DNA of 64,000 nucleotides from a virus: IMG/VR virus record IMGVR_UViG_3300045256_000135, positions 32,001 to 96,000 of that record; one strand, 5' to 3'. Shown piece by piece: positions 39,867 to 49,674 of this stretch (position 1 is its first letter; each line of letters starts with the position of its first letter). The notes under the pieces were generated by a model. It saw only the letters and a program-made list of their open reading frames with translations, ran no database searches and was not told where the DNA came from. The position numbers and the translations under genes were made by a program.

Positions 39867-42800
39867 CGTTAAGAAGGCCTTGGGTATGACGCCAGATTCG
39901 TGGGTTCTGGACGAGAACTATGAGGTTGGTGACAACGCTCCCCACGAGAGGACAGATCTCGCCGTTGGAAGAACTGATCTCGATGAACTCTCGGTTCGGA
40001 CCGCGTTTGATCTGACAGCGGCAAAGGGCCCAGGCACCCCCGGATGGTGTGAGCATCACAAGCAAAACCACCACAAAAACACCAAGTGCCCGTTTATGAC
40101 GGGTGGTGGCACTTCTGAAACTTCTGCCCCACCCGAACACTCCAACCACAACAAGGCTAAGGAAAGTATCAAGGCGACGATATTTGACGCCTGCAAGAAA
40201 CTTGGCCTTGGCTTGGCACCATCAGCCGATTTGTCGGGATTCATTGCCACTCTCCAGGATCTTGGAGAACCTACTTGGCACACTGCGAAGAGTACGTTCA
40301 TTGCTACTATCAAGGGGGAGATGCAATGCTCCACCGAGCAGGCTGAGTCTATTTTTAAACAGTTGACTGAAACTGGTCTCTTCAAAGAGCAAAATGGAGA
40401 AGTTGTGTATGACCCAGGTGGGGAATCAACCAGTCCAACTCCACAGAAGGGTTTGAAGCCGAAAAAAATCGAAGCACCGCTGGATAAGTCGAAGTTCTCA
40501 CCTGGTGACGTAGCTGCGTTAGTTGATAAACTAGACCTGGCTCCTGGATCAGCTGAGTTGGGGTTTGTCAAGGCTTTGTCAAATGCTGGGGTCGATGGTC
40601 TGACCAAGACTGAACTCCTCGAATCTTCACATCTAGACCCGCAGGAAGCGGAAGCCGCGCTTAAAACTCTGTTAGCTGATGCTGGTAAAGCGATCACCAC
40701 AGATGGGTCTGGCAACGAACAGAAGATCTATTTCGGTGACTTCTCCGGCAACCCCAACCCGAGAGCGAACACCGGATGGACTGCTCAAGATCCTTTGGTC
40801 GTAACTAAAGCGATGGGTTGGAATGTTGGTGGCAAGGGTGAGGCAATGCTCCGGACCCTCGCCAAGGCAGCAGAAGACGGTATGACGGTAGAACAGCTTA
40901 TTACCGCCATGCCAAAGCCGAAAGCCGGTTCTAACAAGCCAAATGCTGCCTTGGCTAAGACTCTGTTAGATGCAGTCGTTGACAAGGGTCTTGCAAGCTA
41001 TGATGCAAAGACGAAGAAGTACACGCTTGGGGTTGACAAAGCAAAGCTTGAGGCTGACAAGCTGAAGAAACTGAAAGAAATTGAGGAGAAAGCCAAGCAA
41101 GATGCTATTGCAGCAGCTGAGAAGGCTAAGCAGGATCTGATCCAAAACAAACTGAAGTCTCTGACTTATCCGCCAAACACTTATGCAGCTGGTTCTGTGC
41201 CAAAGCCACAGTATGCGTCGAAACCTGCTCCACAAGGTGTTCCAGTAGACGTGCATCAAATAGCTCAGTTTTTGGGCAAGGACCTGCACAACGCTGAAGA
41301 GCTGAAACAGTTCGAGAGTTCGTCGGAGGGACAGCTGCTCAAGAAAATCAGTAACGGGGTGATGAACGCGAAGCACCTCTGCTCAACAAGTGAGAACCGA
41401 AAAGCGATGCTAAACCTCGTCAATTCAGGAGTTATTGACTGCACAAGTCCAGCTGCCCTGTTTGACGAAACGGTTAGCGACGCTGTTCTTGGAGCTACGT
41501 TTTTCTCGAAGAAGAAGCTACCGGGTTCAGCACAGGTAGCCAAGTTCATGCCAGCTCCATCAAAGACTGAGTTGAGCTATGCTGACGGGCAGATCACTCG
41601 CAAGGTGATAGTCTCAGAGGAGCTGGAGGACTCGATTGCTGCAGCGCAGGAAGTTACAACGATCGACGCTAACGCGATCAAGTTTATGTCTACTGAACCC
41701 GGTCGCTGGTGGCGTGAATCTGAGTTGGCTGAGCTACTTGGGAAGAAGGTGAAGCTGTCCTCAGACTTGTTAGAGAGCCGAGGTGAAGGAATACGAGTGA
41801 AGTGGCGGTCTTTGATGGCGTATAGCCTCAAGACAGGAACGAAGTGCCCAAAGTGTCACGTCAACCATCGTGACGGACATTTGTGCCCAGGTGCCCCACC
41901 ACCGAAGACCAAGCCTAACGCGGTGATGCCGTCATTCGATACTTTAGCATTAACGCCTGCAAAGCCTGCGTACAGTACCTATAGCCAAGCAGTAGCAGCT
42001 GCTAAAGCGCCAATGTCCTTTCCGCAGAAAGTTGAAGTTGCTGTCAAAGCTGCTAAAGAGATGCAAGCAAGTCCAGGAACGATGACGCACAAAATCATCT
42101 CATTGCTTGTTCAGCCTCAGAACCCAAGCACGATTGCTGCAGTTCTTCAAAATGCAGGGTTCAAGCAATCACCCGCTTCTGTTTTGTCTAAGTTAGTTTC
42201 AAAGGGGATCGTGGTTCAACAACCTGATGGATCATATCTTCTTAGTGGTCTGCCAAACCAGACGTCGGAGCTTCCGACTAAACCCGGCGAGGAGCTGCTC
42301 AAAGCCACGTCGACTCAACCAGCTGAAGGTGTCAGTGAGATCAGAGCTCAGTATCCAGCTGATCACCCGATTCAGTTCATGTCAGAGAAGCATGCGAAGA
42401 TGTTCCACCAGTTGGTCGACTACTATCATCAATTCGCAGCACCAGAAACGAACGGAGCTGCCTTTGGAACCAACAACGTTGACGACATTAAGTTCAACGA
42501 AATGCTGAACGCAGCGTCCAGTCAGATTCCGAAAAAAGTACAACAGGTACTGAAAGCATTTGCTGCGAGTTGGATCGGAAATTCACAATCGTGGGCTGGA
42601 CAGATCTTTAATGGTGCGTTGGTTCAGATGAAGATCACTCAGCAGGAGTTTGCTGGAAAGAGTCCAGCAATTCAGTTGAATGGTTCGCATTCACACGAAG
42701 GTTTCGTGTTCAACAGCTCCGACGTCGAAGCTCCAATCAAAATGAAGGATGGTACACCTGGCCCAAGTATTGCAGAAGTGGTCTTGCATCAATACGCAAT

Positions 42801-43320
42801 GACACAAGCAGCGTGTAAGGCAGCTGGTATCACATCGTTCACGATTAGCAGAAATGTTGAGAACAAGTACGGTAATGCTGGTATCGTTAGTCAAATGGTG
42901 GCTGACTACGCTACGAATTCTAAGAACGGTGGCGGAGGTCAGCTAATCGCTAACCCATTGACCAGCTGGTCGCAAAAGAAGCTCGGAAGTTTCGGAAGCT
43001 TTACGATGCAAAAGAACACCCCGGTACATCTGATCTTCATGCACCACCAGCAGGAAGCTGGCTCGATTAACTTGTTTGGCAGTTACACCGACAACGAACT
43101 CGAGTTGGTTGCAATCTCTCAGAAATGCTCTTCGGTTGCACCTATAACATCAACATCAGGTGTTGTGAAGTTTGCTCAAATCTCGGTTGCTGATTCTGTT
43201 GACACCCAAGAGCCTGATAAATCGTTGCCTACAGGGCTAGGTAAATACGTGTATAGAGCCAAGGATCTGTGGTGGTGGATCACCAACAACAGCGTTGAAC
43301 CTGTTTACTACGTAGGCTGA
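39859..43320 (+). CDS. Large multidomain protein with wHTH-like repeats and a probable C-terminal ADP-ribosyltransferase domain
   Basis: ISRNV ... LTSWS ... NELELV matches the R-S-ExE pattern. Confidence 0.65.
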   Translation: MLDVKKALGMTPDSWVLDENYEVGDNAPHERTDLAVGRTDLDELSVRTAFDLTAAKGPGTPGWCEHHKQNHHKNTKCPFMTGGGTSETSAPPEHSNHNKAKESIKATIFDACKKLGLGLAPSADLSGFIATLQDLGEPTWHTAKSTFIATIKGEMQCSTEQAESIFKQLTETGLFKEQNGEVVYDPGGESTSPTPQKGLKPKKIEAPLDKSKFSPGDVAALVDKLDLAPGSAELGFVKALSNAGVDGLTKTELLESSHLDPQEAEAALKTLLADAGKAITTDGSGNEQKIYFGDFSGNPNPRANTGWTAQDPLVVTKAMGWNVGGKGEAMLRTLAKAAEDGMTVEQLITAMPKPKAGSNKPNAALAKTLLDAVVDKGLASYDAKTKKYTLGVDKAKLEADKLKKLKEIEEKAKQDAIAAAEKAKQDLIQNKLKSLTYPPNTYAAGSVPKPQYASKPAPQGVPVDVHQIAQFLGKDLHNAEELKQFESSSEGQLLKKISNGVMNAKHLCSTSENRKAMLNLVNSGVIDCTSPAALFDETVSDAVLGATFFSKKKLPGSAQVAKFMPAPSKTELSYADGQITRKVIVSEELEDSIAAAQEVTTIDANAIKFMSTEPGRWWRESELAELLGKKVKLSSDLLESRGEGIRVKWRSLMAYSLKTGTKCPKCHVNHRDGHLCPGAPPPKTKPNAVMPSFDTLALTPAKPAYSTYSQAVAAAKAPMSFPQKVEVAVKAAKEMQASPGTMTHKIISLLVQPQNPSTIAAVLQNAGFKQSPASVLSKLVSKGIVVQQPDGSYLLSGLPNQTSELPTKPGEELLKATSTQPAEGVSEIRAQYPADHPIQFMSEKHAKMFHQLVDYYHQFAAPETNGAAFGTNNVDDIKFNEMLNAASSQIPKKVQQVLKAFAASWIGNSQSWAGQIFNGALVQMKITQQEFAGKSPAIQLNGSHSHEGFVFNSSDVEAPIKMKDGTPGPSIAEVVLHQYAMTQAACKAAGITSFTISRNVENKYGNAGIVSQMVADYATNSKNGGGGQLIANPLTSWSQKKLGSFGSFTMQKNTPVHLIFMHHQQEAGSINLFGSYTDNELELVAISQKCSSVAPITSTSGVVKFAQISVADSVDTQEPDKSLPTGLGKYVYRAKDLWWWITNNSVEPVYYVG
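40042..40110 (+). repeat. Duplicated coding segment, copy 2
   Basis: 68/69 nt identical to 34262-34330. Confidence 0.95.
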
Positions 43321-43322
43321 GA

Positions 43323-45719
43323 ATGACTACCAAAAGATGGAATTCTGACATCATTATCCCAGGTTCGAGCTATGGTGACGTTCGGCGTCAAGCTTCAGCT
43401 CCTCTTCCTAGTCAGGATCCAACGATCCACGGGATGACAGTCAATCAAGCTGCTGCTTTGAACAGCAGGTTTGACGAGATGATGCCTCGTCTAGCTTCTG
43501 CAAACCCGCACACCACTAAGCGAGATTTGTTCAGTGGCGATCTTCCGAAGGGAGCAACTTGGGCTCCACGCACTGCCAACTTCGGTGGGGGCGCGATGGG
43601 GGTTTCTGGCCTAAACAACAGTGGAGGGGGCGGTCGCAATATGATGACCGTCCAGAAGCCCTACCAGCCTGAGTTTGCTTCCTCTGATCGACAGAACTAT
43701 CCTGTTCACCGCATCCTAGCTAATCGTTACTGGCGTTTGTTTATCAAGCTTGACCCCGTCATTGGTACGGGTCTTGACATGTACAGCGAGATGCCTTGGA
43801 GCGATTGCAAGCTCACCGGAGAAGGTGTCGAGGGTGAGGTGCGATCTGTTTACGAGGCGATGTGGGAGAAGTGCTCTGTTCTGAGCGTTCTTCCAGCGAT
43901 CGTAAGAGAGTTTCTTGGCCTTGGTGAGTGCATCCCCCATTGCTTCTTTGACAACAGTGAAGGGATCTGGACCTACATTGCTCTTCACGATCCTGATACG
44001 CTTGAGGTCATTGACGCTCCATTCATCAGAATGGATCCAGTTGTCGAGTTTGTTCCGGACGACCGTCTTCGGTCGATTCTGACCAGCACTGACCCAGAGC
44101 TTGCTGTTATCAGATCGAAGATGCCTCCCGAGTTACTAGCTCGTTTGCAGAGCCGGCAAAACATCCGGATCAACACTGAGACGAATGCAACGTTTCTTGC
44201 GAGGAAGTTGCATCCGTATGAGACTCGAGGAACTTCGATCCTCTCAAGAATGTGGCGTGTCCTCATGTACGAGGATGCGATTTTCGAAGCATCACTTGCT
44301 ACCGCTCGGCGCCATGCTGGGCCTTTGAAGATCGCCAAGTTGGGAAATCCACAGACCAACTGGATTCCTGGACCTGAGCACGAACGTCGGTTCATGGAGC
44401 TTGTTGCTCAAGCAGAGATGGACCCGCATGCCTGGATTGTGTATCACTACGGCCTCTCGTTGGAGGCGTTTGGTACCACCGATCGTGTTCTGACCATCAA
44501 CAAGGAGTGGGAGATCATCGAGAGGATCAAGCTGGCAGCGCTTGGCATCTCTCGAAGCTTCCTCAGTGGTGAGCTTACTTATGCATCCGCTACTGCTGGT
44601 CTGCAAGTGTTTCTCCGTCGAGCACTCTCGATGCGAAACTATCTTGAGTCCGCCTGGCTGAAGCCAAAGTTCTTCAAGCCAGTTGCTGAGATCAATGGTT
44701 TCTACAAGCCAACTCCAGCAGAGGTAGCCCATCGAACCAAAGTCAAGCGAACAGCTCAGCAAGCTAGAGACGAAGGACGTCTCATCATTCCAAAGATTGA
44801 GTGGGCTAACAAGCTCAGTCCCTCGATTGAGAATGATCTGCTCAATGCCTACAACACTCTGGAGAAGCAATTGGGCGTTCGGATCTCGAAGACCAAGAAG
44901 ATGGCAGTAGCCAACCTCTCATTCGAAGAGGAGTTGAAGCGGTCGCTAGAAGAGGACAAGTTCGAGGACGATGTTCGCAAGCTGCACGGGGTTGATGATA
45001 AGAAGACTGACCCGGCTGAGATTCAGAAGATCATCGACAACACAGACGAGACAAAGGACGATGATTCTAAATCAGAGGGGAAGCCAGATGCTGGTCCTGA
45101 CAACACACACGGTGGCAAGCACCCGCCAAACCCAATGCTGAAGCAAGACCAGCAGTATCAGGAGTCCGAGAAGGTTAATCCTCCAGCTCTCGAAGGGCCA
45201 CAAGCTGATCCGGTTGACAACCCTGGACCTGTAGACAAAGGGTTGGGTAACGACTCAACTGACAAGTTCTGGGGTGCAAACCGAAAGTTCGGCGTCTGGG
45301 AGCAAGATGACATCGAGGGGCTGATCGATCTTCTTGAAAGTGGAGAGACTGAATCTGCCTTCTGGTCAAAGCTCACGCCGAAAGTTGTGAAAAAGCAGAT
45401 CAAGCACCCCGATGGGTCGTATGTCTTTACGAAAGTCCTCGAAGGTTACGCTCCGTACAAGGCACTTCAGAACGGAGACCAAGATTCAGCTTGGGAGCAG
45501 ATTGAAGCCTTTCTTGACGAGGAGGGTTTCCCGCCAAAAGACATAGCTGATCTGCAGAAGATACTGTACCATGAGGGCACGTTTGAGTCGCCACATGAGA
45601 AGTTTCTCGAAGCTTTACCTGAAGATCCGAGCCAGCTCTCTGATGAAGCATTCGGCAAGCTATTCGCCGAAAAGGTTGAAAACCACCCTTTAGCCCAGAG
45701 GGCGCGGAGAGCTCGGTAA
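43323..45719 (+). CDS. Portal protein with acidic C-terminal extension
   Basis: DPVIGTGLDMYSE, RGTSIL.R..R.LMYEDA motif; located before MuF, protease and capsid genes. Confidence 0.8.
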   Translation: MTTKRWNSDIIIPGSSYGDVRRQASAPLPSQDPTIHGMTVNQAAALNSRFDEMMPRLASANPHTTKRDLFSGDLPKGATWAPRTANFGGGAMGVSGLNNSGGGGRNMMTVQKPYQPEFASSDRQNYPVHRILANRYWRLFIKLDPVIGTGLDMYSEMPWSDCKLTGEGVEGEVRSVYEAMWEKCSVLSVLPAIVREFLGLGECIPHCFFDNSEGIWTYIALHDPDTLEVIDAPFIRMDPVVEFVPDDRLRSILTSTDPELAVIRSKMPPELLARLQSRQNIRINTETNATFLARKLHPYETRGTSILSRMWRVLMYEDAIFEASLATARRHAGPLKIAKLGNPQTNWIPGPEHERRFMELVAQAEMDPHAWIVYHYGLSLEAFGTTDRVLTINKEWEIIERIKLAALGISRSFLSGELTYASATAGLQVFLRRALSMRNYLESAWLKPKFFKPVAEINGFYKPTPAEVAHRTKVKRTAQQARDEGRLIIPKIEWANKLSPSIENDLLNAYNTLEKQLGVRISKTKKMAVANLSFEEELKRSLEEDKFEDDVRKLHGVDDKKTDPAEIQKIIDNTDETKDDDSKSEGKPDAGPDNTHGGKHPPNPMLKQDQQYQESEKVNPPALEGPQADPVDNPGPVDKGLGNDSTDKFWGANRKFGVWEQDDIEGLIDLLESGETESAFWSKLTPKVVKKQIKHPDGSYVFTKVLEGYAPYKALQNGDQDSAWEQIEAFLDEEGFPPKDIADLQKILYHEGTFESPHEKFLEALPEDPSQLSDEAFGKLFAEKVENHPLAQRARRAR

Positions 45720-45814
45720 AACCGAGAGTTCTCCACGCCGAAGACACCTTCCTGATTGGTGAAGGGAACGGAACGCGACATAGAGCACGACCTGGTACTA
45801 GAGCAGCTGACTTC

Positions 45815-47707
45815 ATGTTCTCTCGAAGTGGTGATATCCGCACCGAGAAACAAGTTCAGCAGTTGATCCATGGTGTCAACTGCACTTGCCACAAAACTGC
45901 GATAAAGACACCTGACTTTCTAGCTCCGAAGAACTACGAGAGTCGGGAACACTGGCAGAAGCGATTGCACCTAAGCAAGATCCCGCTTGATGCAAAACGC
46001 TACATCAAACAGCTTGAAAATGACGTTATTGACGGTAACGCCAAGTCGTTTGAAGCCTTGTGGAGCAAGATTGAGAAGGTTCTCGAAATGCCTGGTGGGT
46101 TGAGCCAGTCCACGTTAGTTGGCCTGATTGATTCAGCTCTCGCAACCCAACTCAATCATGTGGATCGCGGTGCTATCGATAATGCACTGACCGGTCTGTA
46201 TAGCTCTGGCAAGGAGCATGCGTACAGCCTGACAGACTTTAAAGCGAAGAAGATCAAGCGTCTGAAGAAACTGTCCTCTAAGCAGGCCTTCTTGAAGGAG
46301 GCGGTAACAATTGACACGGTTGAGGACAAACTTATGCTCCAGCATCTGAAGGAGACTGCTCTTAAGAATGTCAAGAGCATAGCGAACAAAGAGCTTAGGG
46401 ACAAAATCCTCGAAGCTCTAACTGCTGCTGGGTCTGAGAACGAGAATCCGCTTGAGCTCGCGAATAAGATCATCCAGGAAGAGTCAGAGAAGCTCAAGGA
46501 AAAGGGCAAAGAGCAGTTCAAGAAGATGCTTGAAGAGCTTTATGGAAAGCAGCAGTATCAGATTCAGCGCATTATGCGTACAGAGTCGATGAATGGCTTC
46601 GTACTAGCACAACTTCAAGGTTACAAAGAGCAAGGCATCGTAGCTGTTCGTTGGAAAGCGTTACAGAACGATCCAAAGGTATGTAACCTCTGCAAAACAC
46701 TTGACGGGAACACGTTCGAGATTGAGTACCTACTGTCTGAGGGTGGACGTTATCCTTTGACGTTTATGAGTCACCCGAACTGCAGGTGTGGGTTTGAGCC
46801 TGTTATAGCATTCGTGTCTTTCGATGATTTCGAAAAAGAGTATGCAAAGACACACCCGGATCAGTTCATTCAAGGTGAGCCTATCTTCAACGAAGAACTG
46901 CTCGGTCTAGAAGACATTCTGAAAGACTTCAAGGCTGGTTCGACGAAGTTTGATCGTGTTCCAGTTGAGCATGCCGAAGAGTTGGAGTCGTTTGCCAAGA
47001 AGGTTGACAACTCACCACTGGCTGACTCAGCACCACCACAAGTGAAGTTTGTGCAGGATGTGTTTGAGACTGATGCGTATCAACAGCGAGGCCGAACTGA
47101 TGAATCGAAGAAAGGTCAGGTCGACTCTTGGTATGATCCGGAAACAAAGACGACCTGGGTCTCTTCATACGCTACGCAATTCTCTTCCCCAAGTGAGGTA
47201 ATGGCTCGTGACTGGGCATCAAGAGTCTGGAGAGATAATGGCACAGTCAGGAAGTGGTTTACGTCACACTTTGATGGTGAGACTGTCTCCGACAGAAAAG
47301 TGTCCCCAGCAGCACTGGAGATACTCCAGCAAACCTTCAAGCCATTTGCTCTAGCGAGCACCTACTACCTAGAGTCTGGAGACGCTCTGGGGTTGACAGC
47401 AAAGACTCGAGCCCTACCAGAGGATCAATTGCGAGAGATACTAAGTAAGCTTGGGCTCTCGAAAACTGATGTAAGCTCGGTTTTAAAGGGAAGAGATAGC
47501 CATACACTGTGGTCGATGACTAGTGGAGAGGTAGTAGACACAGAAGAAACGAACAAATTCGTTTCTGAGCACTCACGTAACTCAGCCCTTCAACTGTTCG
47601 TAGACTCGTTTGTGAGTTACGTAACGTCTCCTTACATACTAGAACACAAAGATCCCAAAGCGTTTGAGTTTCTCAGAGACTCTGTGTTCAAGGGCGAGGC
47701 ATTCTGA
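45815..47707 (+). CDS. MuF/SPP1 gp7-like head morphogenesis protein with C-terminal extension
   Basis: RIMRTE...W...D.KVC.LC..LDG...HPNCRC. Confidence 0.88.
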   Translation: MFSRSGDIRTEKQVQQLIHGVNCTCHKTAIKTPDFLAPKNYESREHWQKRLHLSKIPLDAKRYIKQLENDVIDGNAKSFEALWSKIEKVLEMPGGLSQSTLVGLIDSALATQLNHVDRGAIDNALTGLYSSGKEHAYSLTDFKAKKIKRLKKLSSKQAFLKEAVTIDTVEDKLMLQHLKETALKNVKSIANKELRDKILEALTAAGSENENPLELANKIIQEESEKLKEKGKEQFKKMLEELYGKQQYQIQRIMRTESMNGFVLAQLQGYKEQGIVAVRWKALQNDPKVCNLCKTLDGNTFEIEYLLSEGGRYPLTFMSHPNCRCGFEPVIAFVSFDDFEKEYAKTHPDQFIQGEPIFNEELLGLEDILKDFKAGSTKFDRVPVEHAEELESFAKKVDNSPLADSAPPQVKFVQDVFETDAYQQRGRTDESKKGQVDSWYDPETKTTWVSSYATQFSSPSEVMARDWASRVWRDNGTVRKWFTSHFDGETVSDRKVSPAALEILQQTFKPFALASTYYLESGDALGLTAKTRALPEDQLREILSKLGLSKTDVSSVLKGRDSHTLWSMTSGEVVDTEETNKFVSEHSRNSALQLFVDSFVSYVTSPYILEHKDPKAFEFLRDSVFKGEAF

Positions 47708-48147
47708 TGGCTGACCACCCGCTACTAACGAAAGCGATCCAAAACCAGCGAATGTCGTTCGACGACTTCTGCAAAGTTGGCAATCTGGTGCATCCTAGTT
47801 GGTTTGTGGAGCACAGTGTGGTTGTCATGCCTCGAACAGCGTTATACCATCACGAGCGTGGTAGGAAGTTCAGGCCTACGAAATCTGAAGCCCAGTCTGG
47901 CAGGTTTAGCTGTCCGAAATGTCAGAAGGTGCTTGTCAAAGTGCGATTCAGAGCTGGGGAATTTGGATACACGTGTCCACGCTGCAACTGGAGCATTCAT
48001 CGGGATGATATCTGGTCACCACAGCAGAAGGAAGTGCCTGTAGCTAGAGAGCCAGGTGACATCACAGATCTGAACGATGCTTCAAACACAATTGGGATTG
48101 ATATCAGCATGGAAGAGCTTGACAATGAAGGGATTCCGGTGGTTTGA
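47707..48147 (+). CDS. Zn-ribbon protein
   Basis: CPKC...CPRC. Confidence 0.65.
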   Translation: MADHPLLTKAIQNQRMSFDDFCKVGNLVHPSWFVEHSVVVMPRTALYHHERGRKFRPTKSEAQSGRFSCPKCQKVLVKVRFRAGEFGYTCPRCNWSIHRDDIWSPQQKEVPVAREPGDITDLNDASNTIGIDISMEELDNEGIPVV

Positions 48148-48479
48148 TGCAATTCGCAGTGATTGTCAACAACGTCGGAAAACCTTTTGCGATCTTTGTG
48201 CATGATCCATCTGTTGGAAGGGTGGTGTTTAAGGGTCCAACAGGTTCTGACTTAGCTGCCTCATTCGCATTTAGCGCCACCAAACCAGTGGTCCGAGGTA
48301 CTGTCGTTGGTGGGTCGATTATCAGAAAGAAGATTCCGTCGAACGATCCCAGTTACCTCAGAGAAAAGCTTGATGACATGATTTTCCCGCCTTACCGTGT
48401 TCAACAGGTCAGCGACATATCCAGTTCGAAGGCTCTGGATGATGTTGCAGACGATCTAGAGAAAGAGTGGCTCGTATGA
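48144..48479 (+). CDS. Hypothetical protein
   Basis: Coupled ORF within the head operon. Confidence 0.6.
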   Translation: MMQFAVIVNNVGKPFAIFVHDPSVGRVVFKGPTGSDLAASFAFSATKPVVRGTVVGGSIIRKKIPSNDPSYLREKLDDMIFPPYRVQQVSDISSSKALDDVADDLEKEWLV

Positions 48480-48719
48480 GTTTCAAAAAGACCGGAATTG
48501 CTCCAGTGATTGGTGATCCAATCCAACAGTCACCAGCAACTGAAGTGCACACGTGCATCAATACAGCAACGACCAACGACGGCTTGCCTCCGCCGCCATG
48601 CAAGGCGTGCCAGTCACAATTTCGTCAGAAATTCACTACACCGCAGAAGTAGTCTGTTACATCGAGTAAGAGCAGTGCTCGCCGTATACTCGATGTGGTT
48701 TCCTGAATCGAGAAATAGA

Positions 48720-48742
48720 TTCGTACTGACGAACTGTATCTT
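48720..48742 (+). promoter_or_regulatory. Class-2 promoter candidate upstream of the prohead protease
   Basis: TTCG-N13-TATCTT. Confidence 0.55.
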
Positions 48743-48756
48743 CTTTGAAGAAGTTC

Positions 48757-49674
48757 ATGTTCGTCAAGACTGCTAAAGCTGATGTACTCGCGCATTGGGA
48801 GGGACAGGGTGGCACTCTGTCCCGTACAGCAGGGTTAGAAAAGACAGCATCACACTTCGTTCAGAATGCTGGACGTATCGATGTGACATCAGCTCTAGCT
48901 GATGTAGCTGCATTCTACAACATCAGCTCAAATCCGCAGGACTACTTCTTCATTCCAGTACGTGCCAATTCAATCGACGTTCCAAACGAGAACGGCGATT
49001 GTTTCATGAATGGTGAGATGCTTCGATTTGATCCCAAGCTGGGTCGTCGAGTGTATCAAACCTACATGCTGAAGCCTCACCACGTCAACCACAGAGCTGA
49101 TAACCCACTTATGGCTCGTGGATTTATCGTTGACGTGCACTACAATAATCAGAATGCAATGCCTGATGAGTGGCGGAAGAAGTACGCCGATGCCACAGGT
49201 GTTGATCATCCACAGGACTTGTTCATCGAAGCTCTGCTTGCTGTTGATTCGACCAAAGACAAGCATTTAGCTGCCGGACTAAAGAGTGGACAGATCAAAG
49301 CATTCAGCATGGGCTGTGAATGCGCTATGACAGAGTGTTCAGTTTGTGGCAATCAAGCTACGAACAGGATGCAGTTCTGCGCTCACATTAGAACTGGCAA
49401 CAAAAACAAGCTGTTCTTTTCAGAGAAACTCGGTCGTAACATCAAAGCATTTGAACGTTGCTATGGTGTTTGTTTCTCTGAGTTGTCAGCCGTCGATACT
49501 CCGGCTGATCCAAGAGCTTTTGCCTCTGGTGAAGTTTTCCAACTGCATGCTAGCTCCCAGGTTGATCGGGAAGAGCTACTGCAGATTGTCGCATTCGCAA
49601 AGAAACACAAGGACTCCATGCCGAAGACTCTACAGGGTTTTTTGGCGGAGGTTCTGAATGACTATGCTGAATAA
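48757..49674 (+). CDS. Prohead maturation protease with Zn-finger insert
   Basis: PNENGD.F, HVNH, FSMGC..ECSVC...CAH, ELSAVDTPAD. Confidence 0.82.
   Translation: MFVKTAKADVLAHWEGQGGTLSRTAGLEKTASHFVQNAGRIDVTSALADVAAFYNISSNPQDYFFIPVRANSIDVPNENGDCFMNGEMLRFDPKLGRRVYQTYMLKPHHVNHRADNPLMARGFIVDVHYNNQNAMPDEWRKKYADATGVDHPQDLFIEALLAVDSTKDKHLAAGLKSGQIKAFSMGCECAMTECSVCGNQATNRMQFCAHIRTGNKNKLFFSEKLGRNIKAFERCYGVCFSELSAVDTPADPRAFASGEVFQLHASSQVDREELLQIVAFAKKHKDSMPKTLQGFLAEVLNDYAE

Noticed and set aside
34235-40110. Diversity-generating retroelement template/variable repeat pair
   Set aside because: Both copies are coding and near N-termini, differences are few and mostly synonymous, and no RT is visible.
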